64,000 nt of DNA from Phoronis australis (lineage: Eukaryota > Animalia > Phoronida), in NCBI GenBank assembly GCA_002633005.1, contig NMRA01000285.1:124001-188000 (forward strand), given 5' to 3'. Shown here piece after piece: positions 15,001 through 27,138 of the stretch; position 1 is the first letter of the stretch, and the number at the start of each line of letters is the position of its first letter. A program made the translations under genes and the position numbers. The notes beneath the pieces were generated by a model that saw only the letters and a list, made by a program, of their open reading frames with translations, did no database searches and was not told where the DNA came from.

Positions 15001-18000
15001 CTACCGGTGTGCCCCCTAGTGGCAATTATATTTTTTTACGTTTACCTTTTTTGTCTTCAAAAGTCCTAACAGATTTTCATGAAATTTAATATGTAGGCAC
15101 CTATTAGTGAGGTGACATTATCCTCCCGTTTTCAGATGGATTCGACGTAGTTTGCGCCACCTAGTGGCCATTTTTACTCTTTTCGAGTCTGTTTTTTGCA
15201 TCCACCCCTCTATCAACCAAACCACTCAAAGGATGATTGTGAAAATTGGCAGGTATGTGCTTACTATAAAGAGGACGGTTGACGATGATTTTCCGACGAT
15301 TTCGACTACTGTGGCACCTCCTAGTGGCAGTTTTGTTTTTGTTGCGCCTATGGCTGTATCTTCTAAACCGTTTGCAGGATCTTTACTTAATTTAGCTAGT
15401 ATATTTATATGATGTTGACTACATATGACGACGACTTTCGGACAGATCTGACTACTGCTTGGGCCCCCTACTGGCAATCTTAGTTTTTTTACATTCAACT
15501 CAGTATCTTCAAAGGTCCTCAACAGATTTTCATAAAATTTTAAATATAGGCATCTATTAGTGTGATGACGCTATCTTTCTGTTTTTGGATGGAAGCGAGG
15601 TATTTTGCACCACCTAGTGGCCATTTTTGCTGTTTTCAAATCTTGTTTTTTTGTCCACCACTGTATCAACCAAATCATTTGAAAATTGGCATATATTTTC
15701 TCAGTGTGAAGACGACCTTTGATGATGGTAACTGACTACTATTGCGCCTCCTAGTGGTAGTTTTGTTCTGCACCCATAGTTGTATCTCCTAAACCCACTG
15801 TAGAATCTTTATTAAATTTAGCAAGTGTATTTATATGAAAATAACAGACGATGATGAAGACTTTCAGGCGGATCCAACGGACACTGTGCCCACTAGTGGC
15901 AATTTCATTTTATTCTGTTTTCTTTTGTTTCTGTGAAGTTCCTTGACAAATTTATATGAAATATCTGGCATTTTCCTGTTTTTGGGTGGATTGTATGTTT
16001 TTGCGCCATCTAGGCCATTTTTATGATACAAATAAATAACCCTAAAAGCACACCATTTGCAATGCATTCGTGGGCGCATTTCAACTCTCCGCGTTGCTCT
16101 TGTTGTGTTAGGTGGCATAGGTAATGCAGAATTTGGAGCACTTTTCATAATGAGATTGGGAACACTGCCATTCAGTGCCTACTCTTGACCTTTAAACAGC
16201 ATGGTGCCAGCTGGATAAGTAACACATGTATAGGGTAGTAGCTGACCAGAGTGTTGTTTGTAGTGAGACATATACGTGTGTGGTAGTGATGAAAGACTCC
16301 CATAGTCCTCCTTGATTCGCCATGTTATTGTCTCAGGTGATGGTTCTCTATGACTATCAAGCTCAGCGATCAGATGAGCTCAACATAGTTCGTGGTGATG
16401 TCATCAATGTTCTTCACAAAGACAACGAGAATTGGTGGATGGGCGAATTGACCAATGGACAACAAGGATTCTTTCCGGCTAATTATGTCACGGAAAAAGG
16501 TAGTTTGTTATTTTGCATTTTACTAGTGTTTACTTGATGGCATACTTGTGTATACTGCAAACATGATGGAATTGTTACACTGGCGGATTCATTTGTGTCG
16601 ATATTGGTGTTGTACTTTGTGGTAGCTTCGGCGTATCTTACACTGGAAAACTCCCCGAGTGAGATTGTTACTACACTTTCTAGGTAAACGTAACTCGTTC
16701 GTGTCACCTATTTTCTTAACTCTTCAAAACTTCAAGTCTATGAAGTGCCTTCCGCTTGTGTATAGTTGAGAATTAAATCGTAATTTCATTCATGTGCCTG
16801 TTTTGTATGAAAGTTAAAGGTGTCAGCTTACATCCATAAGCCTACGATATGTGATTGGCTTCAACGTGTTAACTTTAATATAGTGGAAAGTGTATCATGA
16901 TGTGTGACTGAGGTATGTGAAAATTGTGAAACATGATTGTAAATACATGCAAATATATTGCCGTATTTTCAGGAACTATAGTTGAAAGTGAAGATGAGGC
17001 TAGTGAAAAATCGGGTGAACTTTTAGATGATAGTGCCACCTCAACCCCTCGCAAGGTATTGTTCAAATGTTTGCAGCAACGTATATTTTGGGAGAATTGT
17101 TTGTTCTGAAACACTACTTGTAGTCGCACAAGTTTTGTGACTTTATTGTCAATTCACAATTGTGATTCAAAACATCTGTCCTGTACCTCACCTGCATGCA
17201 GTGGCGCACTCTGGTGTCATTTTCCCTTACTGATACTGTCCATCAATCCAACCTGGCCACAGAGTGTTTTCTTTCTCTTTAGCAGTGATCTTAGTGTCTT
17301 GATGTCAACAATGTTAAACTTTGTGTGTTACAGAGGACCTACTATGATTCAAGTAAGACAGGTTAACACGTTACATACCAGTGTATTCTCTTTTGTTGTT
17401 TTCGTACTAATTGCTACGACACCCTACATTTTTTAAAGTGAATGGAATGACCTAATCATTGTTAAATCATTCTTTTAGGGGCTAAAGTTTTCACAAACTT
17501 GAATATTTTGTAATTAGAATAATCACGGGAACTCAAATTTTAATTACACAGTCAATTACGATATTGTTCATCTCAGAATTCAAATTCAGGTCACTTTTTT
17601 CTCTTCAATGTTATATTGTTATCAAAAAATTCATTGAGTATGCATCTGAAGAGTTAACTTAATTAGTTGTAACTCTCCTATCATTTCAACAACACATTGT
17701 AAAGTTTCTGGTGATACCATTTACAAGTGGTTATAATTTGATACCTGACTGTTGTTTACTAGGTGATGGCGATGGTGTCGAAGGAAGGAGACTTGAAATT
17801 CATGTCCGAGGCAGAAGACAGCGACATACCCAAGCCAACACCACGTAAGAAGTAAGTATCTGAGAGAGTGTTTCCATCAAATGGATCGCGTGATTCATAG
17901 GATAAATTTTGCACCCTGCCCAAGGAATCATGTATGGCACAAAGTTATGTCTGCCCAAGGAACCTGGTATTACACATGGAAAAAGTTTACATGCCAAAGG

Positions 18001-20694
18001 AATTACATATGACAAAAGCTATTATCTGTCTACTGAGGAGTCATATATAATGCAAGTTAAAATCTACATGCCCAAGAAGTCCCGTATAGCACAAGTTAAT
18101 TTCTGCATGCCCTAAAAGTCGCGTATAACACATCAAGTCGATGTAAGCATGCCCAAGGATTCATATATCAGGTGTTCCAAAAAAGTGAGCCACTTTTTGA
18201 TAAATTAAGTAATTTCTCACCAATGGATGAACCAGATTTTTTCAAATTTCATACTGATGAACCTTGGCATATTATCAACAAATGTGCAAAATATCAAAGA
18301 GATTTATGTCCAATCGTGTGAATACTGTCAAATTAAAACATCATGTCAAAAAACATAATGTCAAAGAAAAGCTTGCTTATTTCAGTCTATGCTCATTGTG
18401 GCCTCCATCTTCTTCATTTGTTCTGTGACTGAACGGAGCCATTTCTTCCACTCAGAATGCTTTTCCGTGTTTCATCCTTCAAGATTTCATCCCATGACAT
18501 AATTATCCTGTCGTTTAATTCCTGCTCAGTCAATTTGTCTCGCATTCTCTGGTAAAGTTTCTCATTCAGAGAGTCCCATATGGTATAATCCATTGGATTG
18601 CAGTCAGGACTGGGTGGAGGCCACTCGTCCTTTTTGATGAATTTTGGTGTGGCCTCCTCCAGATGACCCTGTGTTATCTTGCTTGTGTGTGAAGGAGCCT
18701 CATCTTGCTGAAACACGTATTGTTTCCAGGACAAAGTTGCCTGCAGTTCGGGAGAAGATTATCTTCCAATAACTGTATGTAGCATAGACTCTTAACTTTG
18801 GCTCTATCAGTGTCAATAAAATGAATATTTGTTTTTCCTTCCCAAGATACTTCAGCGGAAACCACTCCTTTTTTGGACAATCTGGAAGTCTCGTGATAGA
18901 GTCGAGAGGGCTGAATTTCTCATACAATCATTTTGGCAATTTGTACCAATTTCTTGGCGTATTTTCATCAATGAAAAGGATTCTTTTCACATCAGTGGCT
19001 GAATAGCAGTCATGCAAGTATTGGCAACTTTTTTTCTTTTTTCTTTCTAAAATTTTTATCTTTCTGTGATACCCAGTCTTTTGAAATACTTTATTACCAT
19101 TCTTTGCACAGCAAACTTGCTCACTTGTATATCGCTTACGACTTTTCTGAGAGATTTTGATTGCCCGGGTTGTCCTCCTGGGATTGAATCAGTTCCTCAA
19201 CACGGTCCTCATTGTCTTTTGAACATGCAGTCTTGGGTCTCCCACTGCCACTTTTACGCGCAACAGACCCTGTTTTGCGTATTTTAGCAATAAGTCTATT
19301 TGCAGTGGCACAACTTCACCCTTTTCGTGGGAACTCCCTTACGATTCTTCTTCTGCCCTCCCTTTCTCCTTGAAACAGGTTTCAATAGTAAATTAAATTT
19401 TATCAATTTCACTCAAAGGCATCCTTACAAACCGGAATATTGGACAGCACTGATTTGGATACTGATCTGACAATAAAAAAACAAAGGACTTGAGACCCAG
19501 GCAGACATTTTTTGACTGACAGGTGCCACCACAGCATGAACATGATGAAAGTCACAGTGATATTGCATTATTCATCCTGCTGTATTGAATTTCACAGCAC
19601 TTTCATAATTTTTATATTTCTCTGAGATACTTTGTAGACTTGTTGATGACACCCTGAAGATATATTGTGAAAAATGGGCCAATTGCTTAGAAATTGTCAG
19701 AAATTGGCTCTGTTTTTTGGGACACCTGATATAACACAAGCTAATGTCTTCATACCTAAGGTGACACGTATAACGCAAGTTATATTTACATACCCAAGAA
19801 GTGACTTATAACACAAGTTGGTATCTGCATGCCCAAGGAGTCGTGTATTACAGATCACATCTACGTACCCAGGGGGTCACATGTAAGACAAGTTAATATT
19901 TGCTTGCTGAAGAAGTCAGGTTTAACACAATTATTTATCAGCATGCCCAAGGAGTCACGAATAACGCAGTCAGGTTAATATCTGCATGCCCAGAATGTTA
20001 CGTAACAATTCCATCTGAGGAATCTAGTATTAGACAAGTAACCATCTGTATGTATTTGTACTAGTGCTGGGTCTACACATCACTTCACTTCATCGTAGAC
20101 AAGTAACCATCTGAATGTATTTGTACTAGTGCTGGGTCTACACATCACATCACTATTTGTACTAGTGCTGGGTCTACACATCACATCACTATTTGTACTA
20201 GTGCTGGGTCTACACATCACATCACTATTTGTACTAGTGCTGGGTCTACACATCACATCACTATTTGTACTAGTGCTGGGTCTACACATCACATCACTTC
20301 ATCGTAGGACTCAAGATTACTTATTGTTAATATCCGCATGCGAAATGCATGACAGGATTCCATCAAAAGTATCAAATATTACACACAGGTATTTGTTTTG
20401 CAGTTAAAAATCTGCTAGACCAGCACGTCACGTGACTCCATCACAAGGCTGTTAAATGTTGGCTCTCATAATCGATCGGTTTGGTGTGTTGCATAATTTT
20501 GGATCTATTTATGTCACTTATTAAATATGGCGGTGGTGTGAATATTCTTTGTTTCACTTAAGTGTCACTTTGTTTGCAGAAAAGCTAAGAAAACCACAAA
20601 GACTGGATCAACAGAGAATTTGGTGGATAGTGAAAAGAAACCTCCAGCCCGAAGGCGAAACCGTGCAAAAAAATCAGAGCAGTCTGTTTCTTGA
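32..20694 (+). CDS. AHI1: Jouberin / Abelson helper integration site 1 orthologue (C2-like region, WD40 repeats, SH3), 5'-partial, 24 coding exons
   Basis: Phase-consistent exons read manually: 32-245, 636-825, 1505-1600, 2141-2239, 2828-2953, 3347-3405, 3842-4031, 4355-4470, 5128-5296 (GC donor), 5762-5903, 6761-6813, 7613-7707, 8854-8987, 9343-9483, 9950-10058, 10389-10491, 11397-11537, 11972-12104, 13147-13202, 14509-14577, 16337-16499, 16973-17055, 17763-17851, 20580-20694 (TGA 20692-20694). Peptides HKTDKLK..SHPMVRLHIVD..TGHYLKK, PCWEEQIILNENF, VAWGFLK, YPSTLYVTLKG, GHYSIVYDLCWS, HPSFVYCAQFHP and a C-terminal SH3 match my recollection of vertebrate AHI1 and its domain order. Confidence 0.93.
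1743..1826. repeat. CT-rich microsatellite
   Basis: Imperfect (CT)n/(CCCT)n run in an AHI1 intron. Confidence 0.8.
2002..2104. repeat. 51-bp tandem duplication
   Basis: tgaagactggcatatcctgttcattgtctcttccctatcattttgtgtttt at 2002 and 2053. Confidence 0.9.
3842..9483 (+). CDS. AHI1: AHI1 WD40-propeller exons
   Basis: Exons encode WD motifs: GCFVIRFSPDGKRLAC, GHYSIVYDLCWSRDNTRLLSASSDGTAR, ATGGYDQSVRVWN, GHSGYVNSICFNEDGDKLFSGDSLGVIRVWN, MAGSEDCTAYVWN, VSDLHFHPYDH. Confidence 0.9.
12472..12752. mobile_element. MITE (PIF/Harbinger-like), copy 1
   Basis: ~60-bp imperfect terminal inverted repeats (gagtttgtttcatgaaaagtgacgtaagacttaagac..aaatttggtcttgcgctcc / ggagtgcgagaccaaattt..gtcctaagtcactttcatgaaatagacc), flanked by CTG on both sides; an inverted second copy lies at 37294-37574. 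Confidence 0.8.
13973..14171. repeat. 32-bp minisatellite, ~6 copies
   Basis: Unit gccattaaggaccataatgtgggtgcattgtt, near-identical copies. Confidence 0.95.
14718..16103. mobile_element. core-repeat interspersed element (HINE/Helentron-associated-like) with ~455-bp higher-order units built of ~150-bp subunits
   Basis: atcaRccaaa... recurs at 14753, 15212 and 15665; each subunit has a GCGCCACCTAGTGG-like motif and a gattttcatgaaattt-like motif; ends ...gcatttcaactctccgcgttgctcttgtt. The repeat is seen directly; family assignment is inference. Confidence 0.65.
16337..16499 (+). CDS. AHI1: AHI1 SH3-domain exon
   Basis: VMVLYDYQAQRSDELNIVRGDVINVLHKDNENWWMGELTNGQQGFFPANYV is a textbook SH3; tctcag acceptor and g|gtagtt donor. 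Confidence 0.93.
17905..20045. repeat. degenerate ~43-bp tandem repeat interrupted by a transposon
   Basis: Unit ~atctgcatgcccaaggagtcatgtataacacaagtta, present at 17905-18167 and again at 19730-20045. Confidence 0.75.
18168..19729 (-). mobile_element. Tc1/mariner DD37D (maT) transposon, full length, transposase pseudogenised
   Basis: TIRs TCAGGTGTTCCAAAAAAGTGAGCCA / rc TCAGGTGTCCCAAAAAACAGAGCCA; TA target duplication at 18166-67 and 19730-31; minus-strand fragments ILFIDE, FQQDEAPSH...WPPPSPDCNPMDY with 37 residues between the 2nd and 3rd catalytic D; coding region split over several frames. Confidence 0.92.
20052..20305. repeat. 36-bp minisatellite
   Basis: Unit tatttgtactagtgctgggtctacacatcacatcac, ~5 contiguous copies plus one upstream; explains ORFs 20080..20292 and 20129..20407. 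Confidence 0.95.
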
Positions 20695-21963
20695 TGTTTG
20701 AGCTGTGACGAACAAACCGTTATATCATATTACATTCATGTGGTGTCCTGTGACCAGCAGTTTGTTATCCATTTCATGCGCCACAATGGTGTGGATACTA
20801 CTCATTATCAGATTCAAATAAACACGTTGCTTGTTCAGTATATCTACATATAATCGCTTTGTTTTGTCAATGCCTGTTATTGTTATGTAGGAGTGCTTAA
20901 AGCAGTGGTATCTCATTTAAAGAAACATTACAGCCAAAAATGCATTCTTGGGATTTCTGTTGGATGGCATAGATTTTTTGAAGTTAATGGCTTTGCTCAG
21001 ATCTATAAAACAATATTATCTGGTCTTAGTGACTTTATTACAAATCGTCAGTTCTTGCCAGTCATCTGCTGAAATCAAGGCCCGTGACTTTTAGTTAAAT
21101 AATGTTTAATATAATTATGCTGTCATTCGTCAGTTGTGTTTTAACTTGTCAGTAGACCAGACATTTGGTTGTGAATGCAGATGTTCTCAGTTCTGAACTG
21201 CGCTCGTGCTGATTTCGAAAAAAAAATTTTTGGCCTGTAATGTCACTTAAAGTCCATGAATCATGAGGTGCTAAAGGCCATGTCCCAACCTGTACTCATC
21301 ATTTGACAGTTGGATATTGATGAGCACAGACTACGAGCATGTTTCTTTTATGTCAACCAAAGAACAGAGAATACTGCTAGTGATAGCACTGTTGCCTGTG
21401 TTCTTTACTGTAGTGGTGCTGGCACAATACATTAACTTGACTTGTGCTCACAATATTTCAGTCAAAGTTCTAATTTTGATTAATTTCAAAATGTTCCTAA
21501 AGAATTGGAGCTATTTAACTAGGGCTGCACCTTATGTGTGCAAATTTTGTTTGCAAACCACTCTAGCTCTCCCAGTGCCCTGACCTCAGTATGATGTTTG
21601 CTTTAAGTTATGTAAATGAGGATGAGTAATCGAGGACGTGTCAATTCTGTTTACTGAATTGTGTTTTGAGTATGCGGACAACTTGACGTCAAAGCTTGTT
21701 CAGTTGTGATATTTATATTGTTCACATGAGATTCTGTTCATTTCTTTCTGCATGTTAAAATTTGAAGCCACTAAGTTCAGGGATAGTGACAAGGTAGTGT
21801 GCGTTAGAATATAGGTAATCATTGATTGGTTGTCAATTTAACGTGTGTCAGTTGTTAGACTGAAGGTTAAATTTGTGTTTTGGCTTGTTGCATTATCTAG
21901 TCGTTAAGCACAACTTTCTAGTGCGCGTCTTTTCCTTCAAGAAGTGCTGCCTCCAAGGGGCAA

Positions 21964-21969
21964 AATAAA
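21964..21969 (+). terminator. candidate polyadenylation signal of AHI1
   Basis: AATAAA ~1.27 kb after the stop codon, following a T/G-rich 3'UTR-like stretch. Confidence 0.4.
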
Positions 21970-24698
21970 TCTCTCAACTCCATATCAGTTCTGTGTAGTA
22001 ACTGTCCAATGGTGATGGAGGAGCAAAATAGTTATTATGAGCTGTTATTGGACGAATTGCAACATTCCGATTGCAAGGATCTGTTCCATCACACTGCAAA
22101 CACTTATTAATAATTCAATTCATACAAATTTATTTTCTAGGGGTGTTTAGACATGTTTTCACCCTACTAATTCATAGTACTAACTGCTAAATGACATCAT
22201 AGTCTGACCATCCATGCCCATGAGAGCAAAAATTGAAATGTGGAGTTAACTTATATCTTTGTAATTATACATGTAGTAATGCGCCACGAACAAAATCATG
22301 GCAACCCTCGCAGACAGGGTGGGTCTTATCGATATTGGGGTTTGGCCGGATTGCCGTTCTTGAAGGTCACGCACTAACATTGCTGTATAGATCCTTACCA
22401 CCTCACTATCAAAACGGATTGTGACGTAGGCTTCTCAGAGGTGGTCATTTGCAATGACTCTCATGTCATTGCTTCATAGCCGTCATTATCATCTCACATG
22501 CATGTATTAATCCTGATCATTGTGGACAAAAGTGGAATGAAGGTATCAAGATTGACGTAAACGCCAAAAAGAAGTGCAAATATACTTTTGTCTAAAACCT
22601 TTGCATGCACAGTCTTGTGTAACTCGTCTTCAACGTAATTTCTCAAGCAAATATTCAGCGAACTGTATGACATTATTTCTCTAAAATTCCGCTGTTCGTG
22701 ACTAGACTCGTTATAATTTATTCGATATGCTCCTCGCGAATATTCAAAGGAACAATGAAATATCTTGGTTGTTTTCAGTGTATCTTCGTTGCTTTAAACG
22801 GCGTTATAACGTTTTATTGAGACTGAGGTGAAGTTTACTCGTAGAGCTGAATCACGCGCATTGCCACTTATGCTGCATTTTCTTCATGTAGTTTTTTTTT
22901 GTACAGCCCTAACATAGCCTTGAACAGTCTTCTCTGGCTGTTCAGTCAACCTCTTTAAACCTGTAACTTTTTAGTCCCAACTTCCGCGTAACTCCTCGTT
23001 TTGCAAATTTCTAATTTCTGTGACTTCATCTTCGTTCATATTCCCTACCGCCCCCCAACAAAGCGGGTCATGCCTTCCACACGGAGTCACTTGGCCCCTA
23101 CCCTGGATCGTCGATGATGGAAACTAGCATGCTACCAGTTTGGTTGTAGAATTTACGCCGTCTTTTGGATGTTTTTGTTTCTCCTTGCCCTGGCCTCGTC
23201 ACTCAGAAAGGGGCAGATCCACCTGAGTAAAGTAATTTCTGCCGCTTTTCATTGTATTAGTGCACGCCGAAGGTTTGTTGCAAAAATGCTTGTTTTACTG
23301 ACAATGTAAAAATATTTTTACCAGAGTACAAATACGATATATGAAAAATACGTGCCTTCAGTCAAAAACATTCTTGCTGTTATGAAATGTTGTTATCTTG
23401 GCCCTGCCTCAGATTAGACATGATTTTAATCTTGACCGAACGCTGACGGTTATTTCTTCAGATACGGCTTGTCACGGCGGGTTAGTCTTAGTCGCCAAGG
23501 GAGTACATTGCCATCAGGGGAATCCAGGCGATTTATTGTAAGCAATTTCAATTCAAACAAAAGGATATCATAGCGCAGAACTTGATTTTAATTTACGCCC
23601 TATTTGAGAGAAATGTGCACTCAATCAAGGGTCGCTAATTTCACAATAAATAAAACACGCAGAAATTGGAGAAGAATATTGAAAGAAATGGAAAGCACAC
23701 GACCCGAGCAGCCGGTACATGTCTCCTTTACTCAATACAAAGCCGCAAGGTAGCTGCGTCACCGTTATTGCTTCTGGAGAAAAATAAATATCTCAAAGCC
23801 TGTAAGTGATTTGACCCGTGTTTCTTATTGAACGCAAACAAGATTACAAAAGATAAGCGATCTGATGAGAGGTTTGTTGCTAAACACAAAACAGGATTGC
23901 GGAGCTTACACGATGTTTCTTTATTGTTAAACACACACTTGAAAATAGATAATGATTGTGTTCATTTTCAATTTTCTCGTTGCCAAGCTAGTACAAAATA
24001 CGAAATGGTAATTACACTGACTTTCTTTGCGCAGCATTTCCGTTCTACGCACATCAAACCAGTTTCTGCGTGGTAATATTTGCCGTAAACGACCGTGTGC
24101 AAATACACATCCAGCCAAGTTTGCGAGTGCTTGTTTACATTGAAAATCTGGTAGCACTGTTTAGTGACCGCCTTTATGGGATTGACTATATAACCAAACG
24201 ATTAAAATCGCTCATATTGAACATCATATGAAGTGCCGAGGTAGGTAAATAGTTTATAGCGAATCAGCATAGACCCTGTTTATTTTAAGAATCTTTTCTC
24301 ACGAACAATGCCGCAAAAGGAATCGATCGCTTGCCACGGGCGCATTTTAGCTTTGAGGGGGTTTTCTAGCAAAGGACCTTCGTTTGGTAAGTCATTTCTA
24401 GCTAGCATGCCTTTTTTTCTTACTAAGGACAATTATGAATAGACTAGCCTGAGCAATAACTGTCGAAGATAATGTGAAACAGCACATAAAATTCGAAGGG
24501 ACATTTCCTTTACACGTTGAAACTTCCAAATTGCAAACTATATTTACCAGGCTGTAAAGGCTGGATTCTCCAAAGTATGTCTCAGAACACGTCATACTAT
24601 TTCAGGAAACGATTTCCGTCTCGATACAGACCATCAAGGTGTCGGTAAGTTAAACATAGAGCCATCAACTCAGACTTGATTGGACAATAAAACTGGGC

Positions 24699-24775
24699 AT
24701 TTAATACTTGTATCTGTGCCACGTGATTTAATACTTGTATCTGTGCCACGTGATTTAATACTTGTATCTGTGCCA
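24699..24775. repeat. 27-bp tandem repeat x3 containing CACGTG
   Basis: tttaatacttgtatctgtgccacgtga repeated. Confidence 0.9.
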
Positions 24776-25593
24776 GGGGATTTTTCTATTGCAATTGGTT
24801 TGAGAACATGATTGCTGTCAAGGTTCGAATTTTTTTGAGACAATTTTGTGAAAGCTAATCAAACTATCGGGATATCGGATTTTTATACACATTTTATTTG
24901 TATAGATAAATGCAAAAGATGGCATCATTGCCCAGAAATAAAATTAACATTAAATCAGGGCAACAGATAAATGTTACGGAATTATATCCAAAACCGAGTC
25001 ATAGATCGGAGGGGTATCTAGACACGTCGCAGGAGTAGAAAATTTAGATCTACCTGTGGAGGACGAGCGCATTAAAACTATTCAAGTCGATGTTGCAGTT
25101 CACTGTCGACGGTTCGCCAGCAGACGAGAGAGAGGGGGGGGGCTATTATTATAGTCGCTAAACAATTAAATGAGAAAGTAAAGTTTTTAAAGGTAAAAGT
25201 GGTTATAATAAAATGTTACTCCGTTTTTAAAAATTGATTCAGATCACGTACTATTATGAAATTGGTCTGAAATTGTTCCGTAGTAAAGTGAAAGGTAACT
25301 TCTGAGCTTGTAAAGTTTTGACACTAGAGGTCAATATTGCTTGGGACCAAACATTGCAAGTTGGCGTGTTATTTTACTCGCCGAGCATGGTCTCAAGTAA
25401 ATATGAATTTTCAATTATTTAAAATACCAAAATCACTTCTCATCTGAGTAAAGAACAAGTTTAGACCACTTTTATAGTCACGTGGTATATGGTCTAAATC
25501 TGATGTTGGTTTCTTCGACGGAGCGCGTTTTTGTATCCTTATCGACAGGTGTGTGCATTTAGCAAAATATCAACTAAACTTGGATTTTAACTA

Positions 25594-25748
25594 AGTGTGT
25601 GTGTATATATACATGTATGTACATATATATTTAGATATACATATACATGTACATGCGCGCACACACATACACACACACACATACGCACACACACACACAC
25701 ACGCACACACACACACACGCACACACACAAATATATATATATATATAT
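25594..25748. repeat. compound (CA)n/(TA)n microsatellite
   Basis: Direct reading. Confidence 0.9.
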
Positions 25749-26087
25749 TTTTTTAACAATAGAAAGCCTGTAGAATTTGATTTTTTACTTCCTTCCAAAC
25801 TGTTATTAATTGAGTAATGTGACCATGTCGTTTAAGTAAATTTTTTCAAAGAAGAAAGATACATGGATAGCAAAACAATGGAATCAATATCATGATTAGA
25901 ATTTATTTGATATTAATGGTCAAGGTGAGATATCAATAATATGTTACAGTTCTCTAAAATATCATTTCGTTTTCGTTTTCGGCAATTTCAAAAACTTTTC
26001 ATGGAATTCATAGAAGCCTTATTAGTGGCTAACCCCTCATGCAAAAGTGAAAACTTTTAAAAACAATTCCTAACAGAGGTTTTGAGA

Positions 26088-26185
26088 ATGGTGCGTAAGT
26101 CATAGAATCTAATAGTGCATACGTCATAGAATCTAATGGTGCATACGTCATAGAATCTAATGGTGCATAAGTCATAGAATCTAAA
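26088..26185. repeat. 24-bp tandem repeat x4
   Basis: Unit gtgcatacgtcatagaatctaatg. Confidence 0.9.
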
Positions 26186-27138
26186 AGTATCATAAGAATC
26201 AGTCATTCCTTAGATACGTGTTCTGAAGTTAGACAAATTTGGTCATTTTTATAGGGTCTTACCATACCTTAACGTTAAGAATTTGACCATCGGGTAGGTT
26301 GTGGTAACGACGGATGGAAGTAGTCAAAAAGTGTTAACAATTGGGGTTGAAATTTTATTGTTGCCTCTGTGTGCCTTGTAAGGGATGGTAAATTTGATGT
26401 TTACCTGAAGAACAAGCAATGGCTTTTGGTGGTGCTGCGAGAGGTAAAAACTTGGGGTTTCATTTGAAAACGAAATCACGTGGACGGAGCCTAAGTTAAT
26501 GTGCGCATTCTCATGTTATTTGTTTGAGTTAGAGCTTATCAAGGGTCGAAATCGAACTCTTTATCTCAGATTAAAACTATGCTTTTTATCTGTGCAGAAC
26601 AAAGTTGACATAATTCAAGTACCTAAAGAAAGTCTGTTTTGTCACTTTTAAATTCCAATTTTGTATTCGCATGGGGTAAAAATGAGTTGTTTGAACCTAC
26701 AACAAACATCACAACCATTGGATGCGCATTGTTTCACGCTCAAGACTCTGAACTTGAAACGCTGCATTTTGTCAAAAGATTATTGCTCAATACGACAACT
26801 ATCAGTCTACATAGAGGCGTACACACACACGCACATATGCACGCCGCAACAAATTCACTCTCAAGCCGCACACGCGCGTGCACGCACACGTTAGTAACTC
26901 AAATATTATCTTTTTCCATTTAATGGGAATTAATCAAATTCGAGAATGATAAGAGTGTAATCGCCACACAGATATGTTGTCTAATTAAAAAATTGATAAA
27001 GAAAGCCTGAAAATCTAATATCAGAAATGTTGTTAAAAAGTTACTCTTATCTTGCGTACTCTAGAGTAGCAAGAAACTTGAACCACACGCTAATGTTTTA
27101 AGACGTCAGTTTGTGTCGTTTATTTAACAGGGCAAAAT

